From: Eledone cirrhosa
Lineage: Eukaryota
Assembly: GCA_964016885.1 (NCBI GenBank)
Contig: OZ024743.1
Span: forward strand, 315,580,001-315,644,000
DNA length: 64,000 nt
Direction: 5' to 3'
Position numbers and translations under genes: made by a program. Under the pieces are notes generated by a model that made no database searches, had not been told where the DNA came from, and was given only the letters and a program-made list of their open reading frames with translations. Position 1 is the first letter of the stretch; the number at the start of each line of letters is the position of its first letter. Below are positions 37,197 through 50,615 of the stretch, one piece after another.

Positions 37197-37629
37197 CCTG
37201 TGTCAGTGTTGAACAAAAAGGTGACGTGGTTGCCTTAACACCGTATGGCATAAATTCAGGCTGTTCAGTTTGTTTACAAACGAACAAAGCGACGTTATAA
37301 TAAGCGCCGCTAAACTGATACGTGCATATATGTATGTGTACCTGTATGCATATGTATATATATATGTATATATATATATATATATATATGTGCATGCTAC
37401 TGTACGTCTGTATACATATATGTATGTACGTATACATGCATACTTACATTTAAGTAAGTGCCATACTAAGAGTGAGAAATGAAATTTCGTTTTCATTTTG
37501 TTTCAATTTATCCTTTTCGGTATGCCTGGCCGATTTAACTCACTCAATATGCAAATTAGGCTGCTCAGCCGTTAATTTTCATAAGGAAAGTATATACTTT
37601 CGAACGTTCAACTATCTGGCAGATGGGTA

Positions 37630-37674
37630 AACGGTGCTGATGATAGCTAACAAGCTTGAAACTAGTACATCGTT
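37630..37674 (+). ncRNA. Type I hammerhead ribozyme, unit 5
   Basis: As unit 4; predicted cut after 37667. Confidence 0.88.
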
Positions 37675-37973
37675 CCTGTGTCAGTGTTGAACAAAAAGGT
37701 GACGTGGTTGCCTTAACACCGTATGGCATAAATTCAGGCTGTTCAGTTTGTTTACAAACGAACAAAGCGACGTTATAATAAGCGCCGCTAAACTGATACG
37801 TGCATATATGTATGTGTACCTGTATGCATATGTATATATATATGTATATATATATATATGTGCATGCTACTGTACGTCTGTATACATATATGTATGTACG
37901 TATACATGCATACTTACATTTAAGTAAGTGCCATACTAAGAGTGAGAAATGAAATTTCGTTTTCATTTTGTTT

Positions 37974-38006
<33 letters not shown>

Positions 38007-38144
38007 CAGTGCTGGTTAATCATGCAATCAACCGACTTGGGCGTGATCAGACGTAAGTACTCTACGTCGTGGGTACCATAAGGTATTAACTAAATGATCT
38101 CAGACGCAGTGTCGATATTGTAAAACAAAGAGGGAGACAACAGT

Positions 38145-38195
38145 ATCACGTATACATCTTCAGTTTATTTAATGAACTGAAGATGTATACGTGAT
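38145..38195. repeat. Perfect 21-bp inverted repeat
   Basis: ATCACGTATACATCTTCAGTT / AACTGAAGATGTATACGTGAT. Confidence 0.9.
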
Positions 38196-38220
38196 GCCTT
38201 CTCTCTTCATGCATGTGTAT

Positions 38221-38270
<50 letters not shown>

Positions 38271-38272
38271 TG

Positions 38273-38324
<52 letters not shown>

Positions 38325-38327
<3 letters not shown>

Positions 38328-39130
38328 TATACTAAGCATGTCCAGAGAGTTATTTGTTAATATATATACATCATCTCTACTCCCAATCAGCATAATTAAC
38401 CACACAAAAAATCAATTAGACAAGGATATAAAAATAAAAGGAATCTATGAAGAAACAGCAAATAAATACGCCACAGCAGCGTCTTCGCATCCATCCGCTA
38501 TAGAATATTTACCCAACATTTCAACAGCACGTGGAAATTAATTAAATATACGGTCAGCCATACATAATTAGGTAAAAATTAATGTTAGAAATGCTTATAT
38601 ACATACCAGGATTAAATCACTAAATCTCGACCCTAGGGTTTCGCTCACTTTTGAGATACCTTATTAAGGATAATACTCGAGTTTAGAGCTCTTCAGGGGA
38701 CAAACTCGCTAGGACATATTATTTTCCGAAGTGGCCCCCGCCAAACACGAATTCAAAATGGTTGAGAACTGTGACGTGGCAGTGGTCAAGTCAGGAATGG
38801 TGTGATTGGTTGCTTATGGCGAGTGGGTTGGTTGCTAGAAAGCGCAGCAGCCCAATATCGCCCAAATTGTATCTCAACCTTATGGGAGATTATTAAATAT
38901 AAATATTTACACATACACCAATTAAAAAAAATCACAGGTATATATGTGTTTTGGCAACTATTCATGATGTGGCTCAATGAAGAATTAATAAATTAAATAA
39001 TCAGAGCAAAATACTATAGAGTAAAGCATGTCCAGAGAATTATTTGATAATATATATACACCACCTCTACTCCCAATCAGCATAATTAACCACACAAAAA
39101 ATCAATTAGACCAGGCTATAAGAATAAAAG
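38325..39130 (-). mobile_element. Non-coding HHR mini-element, 690-bp period with ~107-bp terminal direct repeat
   Basis: 38334-38440 repeated at 39024-39130; internal HHR; (TA)n flanks. Confidence 0.7.
38625..38700 (-). ncRNA. Type I hammerhead ribozyme
   Basis: Minus strand: TCCC-CTGAAGA-GCTC...GAGC-GAAAC-CCTAGG-GTC-GAGA; palindromic stem III ACCCTAGGGT, GUC site. Confidence 0.8.
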
Positions 39131-39651
39131 TATAAAAGTAAAATATATATATATATATAAACTGGGCTGGACATGAGCAATCATATCTAAGTGATTTAAT
39201 TTACAACAAAACTAAACAAATCAGCAATAAGAATCTCCGGAATAAACCCATCGTTATTTATAGTTTAGTTACTTTCAATAATTCCTACTGAATTCACTGG
39301 ACCAAAATGGACTGCCGTAAAACTATATGCCAGGTTATGGCACATTCTGTTTAAACGCTGTTCATACAACTTCCGGGATCTTCTTACATAATGGCCGCTG
39401 TGAAGCTATCTGCCAGGCAATGGCGCGTACTGTTTAAACGCTGCTCATACAACTTCCGGTATCTTCTTACTTAATCATTCTGATATGGAAATGCACGTAA
39501 AGATCTTTTAAGCTACCGTGACTACAGATAATGTATATAGGAAAAATTATCCGCTAAAAAGAAATTAAGAAATTATCTTTTGAGTTTCAGAATAGAAAGT
39601 AGTTAAAAGGTTTGGCTAGATTTCTCTTCTTTAGCTATATATTTCTTTTCA

Positions 39652-39724
<73 letters not shown>

Positions 39725-40379
39725 ATACATGTAAGCACACCCAATACGTAAATATATATATAAGCACACATTCACGTATATACAGACCTACAAACACATA
39801 TATACACTTATACAGTCTCATGAACACACGCATGGACACATACACCTGTCCACATACACATGCACGAATATATGCCCACACAAACACTCATATTCACATA
39901 TACACACATATAGACACACAGACAGATATGTGATATGAAGTGTTTCAAGAATTTAATAAAAGATCATTCCTCTCTGTAGGGGTAATTAGATCTGTAGCAA
40001 GGGAAAAGAGTGCATTACTGGAATACGTTACATAGACACCGGAAGGAATGATAAACAAAATAGTTTTAGGTGGAATGTGAACCGACGAACGCGAGACATT
40101 GGCCGACGTTTTTGTTTGTTTATTTTATTCTTTTAATCCTTTAAAATTTGTTATTGAGGTCTTCAGTTTATACAAAGAACAGAGACAGATAGATATGCGG
40201 TCCCTGCAGTGTTTCCTACTACGGCATTAAGTGAAATTTGTTGAAATGAGTACTCAATTCTATATAGCAGAGCATGATATATTTATGTCAAGAAATTGAT
40301 TTACTATTCATGGTCTCATTTTCACATCCTTGTTGATATCGGGTCTTACGAATCCATCAAGAGCCATTGTCCTGTTTGT

Positions 40380-40489
<110 letters not shown>

Positions 40490-40527
40490 ACGAAGTATTT
40501 CTAGTTTTGTAGAAGACATTTCTATAT

Positions 40528-40562
<35 letters not shown>

Positions 40563-40652
40563 TCTAACCACTATATATATATATTGGCGCCCGACAGACT
40601 GGTCGGTCAAGGTGATCAACGTGATATATATTTACACACACGCACGCACGCA

Positions 40653-40745
<93 letters not shown>

Positions 40746-40799
40746 CAAACAAGACAATGGCCCTTAGCTTTTGATGCAGTCGTTGCCAGGACACACATT

Positions 40800-40915
40800 T
40801 GAGAGTCGCTCCGGGTAAAGCCGATACTTCTCCGAATTGAGAAATCACAACTCCGGTACTATGGGCATGTGGCTAGAATGACGTCAGGAAAGAATCACTG
40901 GCTAGATTTTACGAA
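40800..40915 (+). mobile_element. Short LINE (RTE-like) C-terminal fragment
   Basis: LLRIEKSQLRYYGHVARM resembles the QLRWFGHVxRM motif. Confidence 0.5.
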
Positions 40916-41748
40916 CAATATATATATATATTGCATTTCTGACGACTGAAGTAGCAATATATGAGTATATATCTATACACTCAAATGTACACATGAATGC
41001 ATAGATGTACACACATATAAATAAAAAAGGAGAGCACTTGAACAGAGTGATAGAGATAGAAATAAAAATAGAGATAGAGATTTAGAGACATAGACAGAGA
41101 TAGAGAGAGGGAGAGTGAAAACTTTCCTATCATGTAAAGTCACAAATGGGTTATTACTTTACAGCGAGCAACAAAAACATCCAAAGCCAAAACCACAACC
41201 CTTTCCGCACAAGACGCCCCACCCTACATCAGCACCACCAAACTTACTTTTCCCATAAAATGGTATAATGTGTTTTAGTTTCATTGCCACGTAGTATATT
41301 AAGTGATACCTCCATTACATTAAATAGGACGTGTTGGCACAATAAACAAATATTTCTCACAAATTTAGTACGAAAGGTTCTGCTCAAAGACTAAAACCTT
41401 GTTATATTATTGTTTAATTTACTAAAACTGTTTCACTTTTGTTGTCGCTGTTGTTGTTGTTACTGCTGTTGATTTTGTTGTCGTTGTTGCTGTTGTTGTA
41501 GATAGTGTTTTTGTTGGAAAGCATGTTGGTGTTTGTTGTCGTTGCTGCTGTTGGTGGTGGTGTTTGTGCTGTTGTTGGTGTTTGTGTTGTTGGTGGTGGT
41601 GATGATGGTTTCCATAAAACGTGACTAATATCTGAATAGATTTTTGTTTTTCAAAGATATATCTTAGAAAAAATAGACATTGAAAACTATTTCCCTATTG
41701 GGGAGAAACTTAATGCTTTTGTTTATAAATGTCTGCATCATATATATA

Positions 41749-41781
<33 letters not shown>

Positions 41782-41921
41782 ATATGTGTGTGTGTTTGTG
41801 TGTGTGTACATAATTATATATGTGCGCATGCATGTATGTATATGCATGTATATGTATGTCTGTCTGCATATATATATGTGTGTGCGTGTACGTTTTTTGT
41901 GTGTGGATGAGTGTATGTGTA

Positions 41922-41955
<34 letters not shown>

Positions 41956-42519
41956 GTGTGTGTGTGTGGTAAAACTGAGAGAGAATAGTTAACACTTTTC
42001 AAAAGCCTCATTAAAACAATTTACAACATTTTACATTATTTTAGCAAATTTTGTTTATTTTATTATACTTTGATTTCTGCCTTCCTTCCTTCCTTCTTCC
42101 TTCTTTTCTTCCTTTATTCCACCTCCACCGTCGCTCTGTTTTATACCACCACTACCTCTACCACTACTACCACTAACGCCACCACCTTACTTTATTTCAT
42201 CCTCAAAACCAAATCAATTATAGAGAGATAAAATATATAGTTTTATCCTTTTGAGAGTGTCAGAATGGCAAATGGACATATCTTGTCCTGTATAAAACTA
42301 CTTCCGTTTCTTCTGGAAATTATCAAAGCTTTCCAAAAGCCAAAAAATTCTATGGATATTTTTCAACGTATCAAATAAAAGCCAATCAGCCATTGCGAAC
42401 GACTATAATCATTGATCAACGAAATGTCTTTTTATGTGGATAACTAGAACGAGGATTCAATCAGAGTTGCTTTGCTTGTTGTTTTCAGATGTAGTTCAGG
42501 TAGTTTTCCGATTTGTTGT

Positions 42520-43140
42520 TGTGATGGTGTTGCTGGTGGTGGTGCTGGTTCTGGTGATGGTGCTTGTAGTAGTGGCGGTAGTACTGCTGGTTGTGGTAGC
42601 GGTGCTGGTTCTGGTGATGGTGCTTGTAGTAGTGGCGGTAGTACTGCTGGTTGTGGTGGTGGTGCTGGTTCTGGTGATGGTGCTTGTAGTAGTGGCGGTA
42701 GTACTGCTGGTTGTGGTGGCGGTGCTGGTTGTGGTGATGGTGCTTGTAGTAGTGGCGGTAGTACTGCTGGTTGTGGTGGCGGTGCTGGTTCTGGTGATGG
42801 TGCTTGTAGTAGTGGCGGTAGTACTGCTGGTTGTGGTGGCGGTGCTGGTTCTGGTGATGGTGCTTGTAGTAGTGGCGGTAGTACTGCTGGTTGTGGTGGC
42901 GGTGCTGGTTGTGGTGATGGTGCTTGTAGTAGTGGCGGTAGTACTGCTGGTTGTGGTGGCGGTGCTGGTTGTGGTGATGGTGCTTGTAGTAGTGGCGGTA
43001 GTACTGCTGGTTGTGGTGGCGGTGCTGGTTCTGGTGATGGTGCTTGTAGTAGTGGCGGTAGTACTGCTGGTTGTGGTGGCGGTGCTGGTTCTGGTGATGG
43101 TGCTTGTAGGAGTGGCGGTAGTACTGCTGGTTGTGGTGGC
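42520..43140. repeat. 60-bp minisatellite, ~10 copies
   Basis: Unit GGTGCTGGTTCTGGTGATGGTGCTTGTAGTAGTGGCGGTAGTACTGCTGGTTGTGGTGGC; continues as GGT/GCT low complexity to ~43600. Confidence 0.97.
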
Positions 43141-43476
43141 GCTGCTGCTGCTGGTGGTGCTGGTGTTGCTGCTGGGGGTGTTGGTGGTGGTGTGCTTGTG
43201 GTAGTGGTGGTGGTGGTGGTGGTGGTGGTCGTCGTCGTCGTCGTCGTGGTTGTAGTAATGCTGGTGATGGTGCTGGTGCTGGTGCTCGTAGTGCTAGTGG
43301 TGGTGGTGGTGGTGGTGGTGCTGGAGCTGGTGATGCTGCTGGTGGTGGTGGTGGTGGTGCTTGTGGTAGTGGGGGTGGTGGTCGTCGTCGTCGTGGTTGT
43401 AGTAATGCTGGTGCTGGTGCTTGTAGTGCTAGTGGTGGTGGAGGTGGTGCTTGTGGTGGTGGTGCTGGAGCTGGTG

Positions 43477-43517
<41 letters not shown>

Positions 43518-43855
43518 GGTGGTGCTGGTGCTGGTGTGCTGGTAGTGGTGGCTGTGCTGGTTGTGGTGGTGTTCTTCTACTTATTGTTGTTGTTGTTATT
43601 GCTGTGTCATGGTGTTTCTATTTACTTCGTGCTATTCAGACAGAAAACGTATCAGTTATAAATTGGTGTTAATTGAAAGACTTCAGTTCAAAGGTAAGCA
43701 ACAGTAGCTGATATAAACCATTATCGATTTAAAAGAATCCATTAATTTATCGAAGAGTAAGTAATGACGTGCTGAACATGGAAGGATCCATACACACATA
43801 CACACACACATACATATACACACACACACACACATATATATATACATATTTACAC

Positions 43856-43912
<57 letters not shown>

Positions 43913-43978
43913 TACATATATATATACAGTATATATATATATATCTACATATATATACATATATACATATATATACAG

Positions 43979-44030
<52 letters not shown>

Positions 44031-44178
44031 TACATATATATACATACACACACATATTTATATATATATTTTTTTTTCTTTAGAAATACGAAATTCCAAT
44101 ACATATCTGTATACAGCTATGGTCGAAGATAAATTCTAATTCTAAATATATATGCATATATATATATATATATATATA

Positions 44179-44232
<54 letters not shown>

Positions 44233-44458
44233 GACCTGAACAGAGCTGGTATTTCTCCAAGAAAACTTATTTCATTTCTGCCACAGCACAATCTGCTTTA
44301 TCTTTTTATTCTCTAATTTCTTCTGTTTACTTATGAAGAACTAACCCCCGAAAAGTTGACTCTTTTCCTTTTCCCTACTTTATCATGCGTAAAACTAATA
44401 ATATATTTCTTCATTGTACTGTCTCGTTTGTTTTGTTATTTCTGTTGACTGTTTCTGC
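44233..44458 (+). mobile_element. Decayed solo PLE pseudo-LTR
   Basis: ATGAAGA..CCCGAAAAGTTGAC...GCGTAAAACTAATAA...GTACTGTCTC parallels the 49447-49550 pLTR (CTGAAGA..CCCGAAACGTC...GCGTGAATCTAATAA..GTACTGCCTC). Confidence 0.5.
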
Positions 44459-45040
44459 ATATATATATATATATATTGATGGAGAGAGAGAGACAGAGAA
44501 AGGGGGGGAGTTCGGATCTAGCTAACGAAACGGCCGGGGCTCAGCCGTCGGGGTCCTGACTCTTTTCCTATATATATATATATATATATGACTTGCACCA
44601 TTTCCGTACATGCGCAACTAAGCACCTTACACGAACCCACCTCACCTACAGACACACCACGCATCGCCTTCTTTTAACCATACACACACACAAGCACACA
44701 CACGCACATCTACACATATACCCACACTTCACCCCACACCGCCTCCGGATTTGACACGTTCTCATCTCATCCCATCCGGCCCCCTCCATCCACACACATC
44801 CAGACATACACACCAACTCCCATACAGGGACTATACACGCACAGACTTATACTCCACCCCAACACACAAACAATGTTTTTTCAAAACCTACATTCACATA
44901 GACTCGCCTCCTTCCAGACTCTCGAACTTACATCTACACATATACACACACCTTACCTTCCGTTATCCCTACCCGGACTCCGATTTTCTTGCTTCGACCA
45001 CCCCACCCCCCTCTTTTTCTTGCAGAAGCAGTGTTAGGAT

Positions 45041-45302
45041 ATTTAGCACCCTTGTCAAGCTCTACAATATGTACATGGGAATTTAACACCTTAGTCTAGA
45101 CATACAATGTGTACCTTGGTATTTAGCACCACAGACTAGCCCTACAATGTGTACCTGGGCATTTAGCACCACAGACTAGCCCTACAATGTGTACCTGGGC
45201 ATTTAGCACCACAGACTAGCCCTACAATATGTACCTGGGCATTTAATTACAGGCTATCCCTACAATAAGTGTCTGGGTATTTAGCACCTTAGTCTAGCTC
45301 TA
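45041..45302. repeat. 40-bp minisatellite, ~6.5 copies
   Basis: Unit ATTTAGCACCACAGACTAGCCCTACAATGTGTACCTGGGC. Confidence 0.93.
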
Positions 45303-45853
45303 AAACGAGTAACTACTTCTTATCTTATGCATCCCATTCTCTCAAAGAAAATAAATTCAACTTACAGTTTGGTAAGCTGACAAACTTAACTGTTGACAAA
45401 TCTTTCTCTGATCAAACTAAGAAAATTACTAAATCTGTATTTTCCACTACACAGTCCACATACACCTACGTGAAAGTATAATACAGCTCATAACACCATA
45501 CAGTTTTCATCGCAGCTTGCGGCAAAATGATTAGTGGTTCATCTATTGATCGCAGAAATGATAACATATTTAATTTGGTGATAAAAGTTTATATAAAATT
45601 GTGGTCATTTAAGGTTCAGTAACTTCTGAATCTGACCCCTCGGTGGCAGTTTTGCTCGCTATAATGGTGTCGCAGGTTTTGAACCTTTGTAATGTCGTGG
45701 AAGTAAAATATGTAGAGCAACAGGCTACGAGATCTGTCTAAATAAACTATCACATTCGCTGTGGCATTAAGTATTTTTTCTCCCGTTTGATAAAAACAGC
45801 ATATACATACATACATACGCGCACATACATGCCCACATACACACACACACGTA

Positions 45854-45898
<45 letters not shown>

Positions 45899-45903
<5 letters not shown>

Positions 45904-48558
45904 CACCATACCCCCTGACCTCCCCCTCTCCGCACCTGAGCGCTCACTCCTTAGTAGAGGCCTTCGCTTCATACCCCACACTCCGCTCAGCGACGAGTTC
46001 CGCACCCGAACGGAAGTCGAGCGATTCGTGCGACGCACTAAGCTACAGGCACATTTCGGTCAAACGCCACCGGCTCCGGACGCCCCAGACCCGTTTCTCG
46101 CCCTGGGCCGACGACCATCTTCTTGGACGCCGGCCCCAGGGCAATTTAGCACCCTGGACGCCTTCGTCGAAACCAGCCGTAGCGCAGTAAATCGTTTCGA
46201 CTTCCGCCACCGTTCCAAACGGCACAACATCTCACGGGGCGAACTCCTCGCTCTCCGCTCCCTCCGTAGCCGAGATGACATCGTCATCAAACCGGCGGAC
46301 AAGGGAGGCGCCGTGGTGGTGTCGCGCGCGGACCTCTACAAGGCCGAAGCCCTCAGGCAGCTCTGTAACCCCCTCTTTTACCGCCCTCTACCCTCCGATC
46401 CCACCCCCCTCTACCAACAGCAAGTCTCCTCCACCATCAAAGACCTTATCGCCTCCTCCCTCCTCCCCCCACCGCTTCCCACCTCATCGTCCGCACACCC
46501 CGCACCCCCACCATCTACTTCCTCCCCAAACTGCACAAACCCGACAACCCCGGCCGTCCCATCGTCTCCGCTTGCAACTGCCCCACCGAACTCATCTCCG
46601 CCTTTCTCGACTCCCTCCTCGCCCCCCTTGTCACCACCCTCCCCTCCCACATCTCTGACACCAACCACGCCCTGCGCCTTTTCGACTCCTTCACCTACCT
46701 ACCCGGCCCTCAGCCATTCCTCTTCACCCTAGACATCAAGTCCCTCTATACCGTCATCCCCCACGCCGACGGCCTTCGCGCCCTCAAACACTACCTCGAC
46801 CTTCGCCCCTCCCCCATTCCCTCCACCCCCACCCTCCTTCGCCTCGCCGAGCTGGTCCTCACCCTAAATTGTTTCTCCTTCTCGGGTGAGTTTTACCAAC
46901 AGGTCACGGGGGTAGCCATGGGCACAAGAATGGGCCCGAACTATGCCAACCTTTTTGTTGGCCATGTTGAGGCCCAAATCTTTGCCCAGTACACCGGCCC
47001 CACGCCCGAACTGTACGGTCGTTACATTGACGACTGTATCGGAGCCACGACCCTCACCCGAGTACAGCTCGACTCCTTTCTCTCCTTCTTCTGCTCCTTC
47101 CACCCCTCCCTCCACTTCACCACCTCTATCTCCACCACCCACGTCCACTTCTTGGACATCTCCGTCGCCTTCGACCCCTCCCACCACTCCCTCGTCACCT
47201 CCGCCTTCTTCAAACCCACCGACTCCCACTCTTACCTCGACTTCACCTCTTCCCACCCCACCCACACTAAACTCTCCATTCCCTACTCCCAACTTCTCAG
47301 GATCCGCCGCCTCTGTAGCCGAGATGCTGACTTCGAGTCCCAAGCCCTTTCCCTAGTCAGCCATTTCATCCGCAGAGGTTACCCCCCCTCTCTCGTCCAC
47401 ACCGCTCTCACCCGCGCCCGTGCTATCTCCCGCTCTACCACCCTCACCCCACGCCACCGCACACCCACCCACCGTCTCCCCTTCCCCATCACCTACCACC
47501 CCTCCACCGCACCATCCGCCGCCTCTTCCGACACCTCCAGTCCGACCCCTCCACCTCCCACATCTTCCCAACCCCACCACTCCCCTCCTTCATACGCGCA
47601 CGCAATCTCCGCACCCTCCTCGTCCACAGCTCCCTACCCCCCAACCCACGCTCCGTTCCCCCCCCCCGGTTCCTTCCCCTGTTCTAGGCCCCGCTGCAAC
47701 ACCTGTCCCCACATCACCAACACCACCACCTTCCAGGGTCCCAACGGCCACCCTCTCTCGGTCCGGCATGCCTTCCGCTGCACCTCCTCCAACCTAGTCT
47801 ACGGACTTCGTTGCACGAGGTGCAGCGCGACTTATGTCGGACAGACGGGACGCCGCCTGGAGGACCGAGTCACGGAGCACCTCCGGGACATTCGTCTCGG
47901 GGGCAGTTCCCCCATCGTCCGCCACTTTGGTGGCCCTGGACACTCCACACACCATCTCACAGTCTGTGGTCTACTCCAGTGCCACGGAACACCCGCCCAT
48001 CGCCTCACGGTCGAACAACGTACTATCTTCATCTTACAGACCCCCCCCCCCCGGCCTGAACTCCCCACCCTTATTCCTTTAGCGTTCGACCGCCCCCTTC
48101 CCCCACTTATCCCCCACTAACACCACTAACACACCCCTCCTTTTCACCGCCCACCCCACACTAACAATACTAACACCCCCACTCCACCCCTCATCTAACC
48201 ACCCTTCCCCAACTAACATACTAACATCCCTTCCCTCCCCTCTTCTCCTCCTCCCCCCTCCTTATCACACGCACACATTTACACCACCCACCCCACACGC
48301 AACTAACATCACTAACACCCTCCAACCCCACGCACACGTACCCACACACCCTCGTACACCACCAACTCTACACACCCTACCCCCACTAACCCCCACTCAC
48401 ACCTGCATTCCACCCCTCCCCACCTCCCGTCTACTAACACCCACTAACACCTCCTCACCAAACTACACACACACCAGTACACCACACTCCCTCCATAGAA
48501 CCACACACACCCTTCTCTCCCCACTCCACACTCACACATCCCACTAACACCCCTACTA

Positions 48559-48605
<47 letters not shown>

Positions 48606-49560
48606 CCTCACTCCAACTCTCACACCTACCCATCCTCGCCTCCCTACCATTCCGCTGACTGCTGCTATGCCCTTCCGACCACTGTCTCAGCACCCACTGA
48701 CCACAGCACTTCCACTGCTGACCACTTCCTGTTGCGCGCGCACCCCACATCTCTCCTCTTCCGACCACCGCTTCTTGGATTACCCACACGCGTTTTGACT
48801 TCCAACCAAAATCTCCATACATCCGTGTAACTTACCACTTTTCAACCATCCTCTAACACCATCACCTATATAACTCACCCACACACACATCCCAAAACAA
48901 ATTTTTTTATCCACACGCCACCCACACCCACAACACGCTTAAACCACCACACACACGTGCTTCCCACCACATATTTACACCCTCAGCCCCCTGATTCCTC
49001 TCCCCCCACCCCCTATCCACACACGCACAGACCCTCCGACACACAAAAACACCCCCCACACACACCTTCCTGAACATGCAACCCCGTTCTTCCCCCAACC
49101 CTCACTTTCACATACACACACACACACACACGCACACCTAACCACACACACCACCTTCAGCCCTCCCCGCTCGGACACCCCGTCTCCCTCTCCCCACTCC
49201 ACCCGCCTCCACCTCTACTCACCCCACACCCTTCCACCACCTGTTACCCCCCTTTTAATTTCAGTTTATTTTGATCATGCCTTTATTTTTAAATGTTCTC
49301 ATTCCTTGTATTTTGATCATGCTTTATTTTTATTTATTATTTATTATATTTTTGTCTTTATTTGTTAATTTTTAATTTTTCATTCGCACCGTTTCCTTTC
49401 GCTATATGTCTCTCCACCACTCCCCTACACACCTTTTGAACTCTTACCTGAAGAAGGGCTTATGCCCGAAACGTCGTCCTCCACCTACCCCCCACTCTCC
49501 TGAGCGTGAATCTAATAAACATTTGTCGTACTGCCTCTCTGTTCTGTCCCTGTTCAATTT
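45899..49560 (+). mobile_element. Penelope-like element (Neptune-like), RT + Cys linker + GIY-YIG, with 3' pseudo-LTR
   Basis: LLSRGLRFIP, IKPADKGGAVV, YFLPKLHKPDNPGRPIVS, DIKSLYTVIPH, GVAMGTRMGPNYANLF, RYIDD, FLDI, KPTD, SIPYSQLLRIRRLCS, PCSRPRCNTC, CTSSNLVYGLRC..YVGQTGR..EH; frameshifts near 46465 and 47510; (TA)n flanks. Confidence 0.93.
49444..49480 (+). ncRNA. Minimal hammerhead ribozyme of the PLE pseudo-LTR
   Basis: CTGAAGA-AGGGC-TTAT-GCCC-GAAAC-GTC; stem III reduced to the palindrome ACGT; stem I not evident. Confidence 0.72.
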
Positions 49561-49692
49561 TTTATTATATATATATATATACATGTATATATATATACAA
49601 TTCAAGGAATGACAAGACAAACGCAGAGATGCAAAAATACACACACACGCACGCACACATACACGCGCTCACACACACACATACACAGGCAC

Positions 49693-49723
<31 letters not shown>

Positions 49724-50294
49724 TGTATATATGACTCGCTATAAAATGTTTCCAACGAAAACACAATGCCTGCTGTTTGAGACACATTCATCTAATGATG
49801 ATCAAGCGAAATAAAAGAATGCATATATACATATATAGAGAGAAGAAGAAGAAAAAGAAGAAGAAAAAGAAGAAGAAGAAAGATGAATATTAAAAAGAAA
49901 GATTTCTAACCCTTTCTGAAACGACATTGTTAAATTATTGAATATCGTTTGTTGGAGTGCAGCGAAGATATTTGATTAATTCTGTCTGTTAGTTCTTTGC
50001 TTATGTAGACAGCCTTATTGACTTCTGTACTTCCTTTTATGGTAGAAAGATATTAGATTTCACAGACGATAGAGAAGCAACACACAGTCAATGGTTATGG
50101 TTCCTCCAACGGTTTCCACGATGAGCATTCAGTTGTTTGACAAACTAAACTTCCAACTCGTAAATTAATGTGTAAGTGGTTGATTATTCCATAGACACGT
50201 GTACACTTAATGCAATTGGCAAGATGAATCAATGTTTTATGTTGGAATGATATTAAATATTTCAATGGCGATTTATTTATTCTTTTGTGAAGAC

Positions 50295-50615
50295 TCGTGC
50301 TATAGTGGTAAGGATGTATGGCATACGATGGTAAGATTATGTGTTCGGTTCTCAGTAATGCGTAGTGTTCTTAAGAGTGTCATTTTATTTTATGTTAAAA
50401 CAGTCCACTCAACTGGAACATCTGAATTTTACCTGTATTTCAAGGTAAGTACCGACCTAGTCACATACTGTTTCACACTGAATCTCCCTAAGAACTGTGT
50501 TGAGTTTACACATGTCATCCGAATGCTTAGTCACTTGAACTTTCATTTCACAAGCAAGATGTTCTGTTGATCAAACGACTGCAACACTCACCGTCGAAAC
50601 TGACGTAGTGCCAAC
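50295..50615 (+). mobile_element. Degenerate tRNA-derived SINE (second family); an inverted tail fragment lies at ~50075-50230
   Basis: TAGTGGTAAGG..GTTCGGTTC head, CAGTCCACTCAACTGG body, GAATCTCCCTAAGAACT tail. Confidence 0.55.

Larger units (their letters stand above)
35428..37977 (+). mobile_element. Retrozyme-like array: five ~475-bp HHR-containing units preceded by an inverted partial unit
   Basis: Units start at 35615, 36087, 36565, 37041 and 37519 and are nearly identical; 35428-35614 is the reverse complement of ~35829-36013; (TA)n flanks; one HHR per unit. Confidence 0.88.

Noticed and set aside
36253-37966. Repeated minus-strand ORFs in the 475-bp array
   Set aside because: Frames change with (AT)n length between units; the conserved feature is the plus-strand ribozyme.
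45041-45302. 40-bp repeats as a CRISPR-like array
   Set aside because: Head-to-tail with no unique spacers, in a eukaryotic context; a minisatellite.
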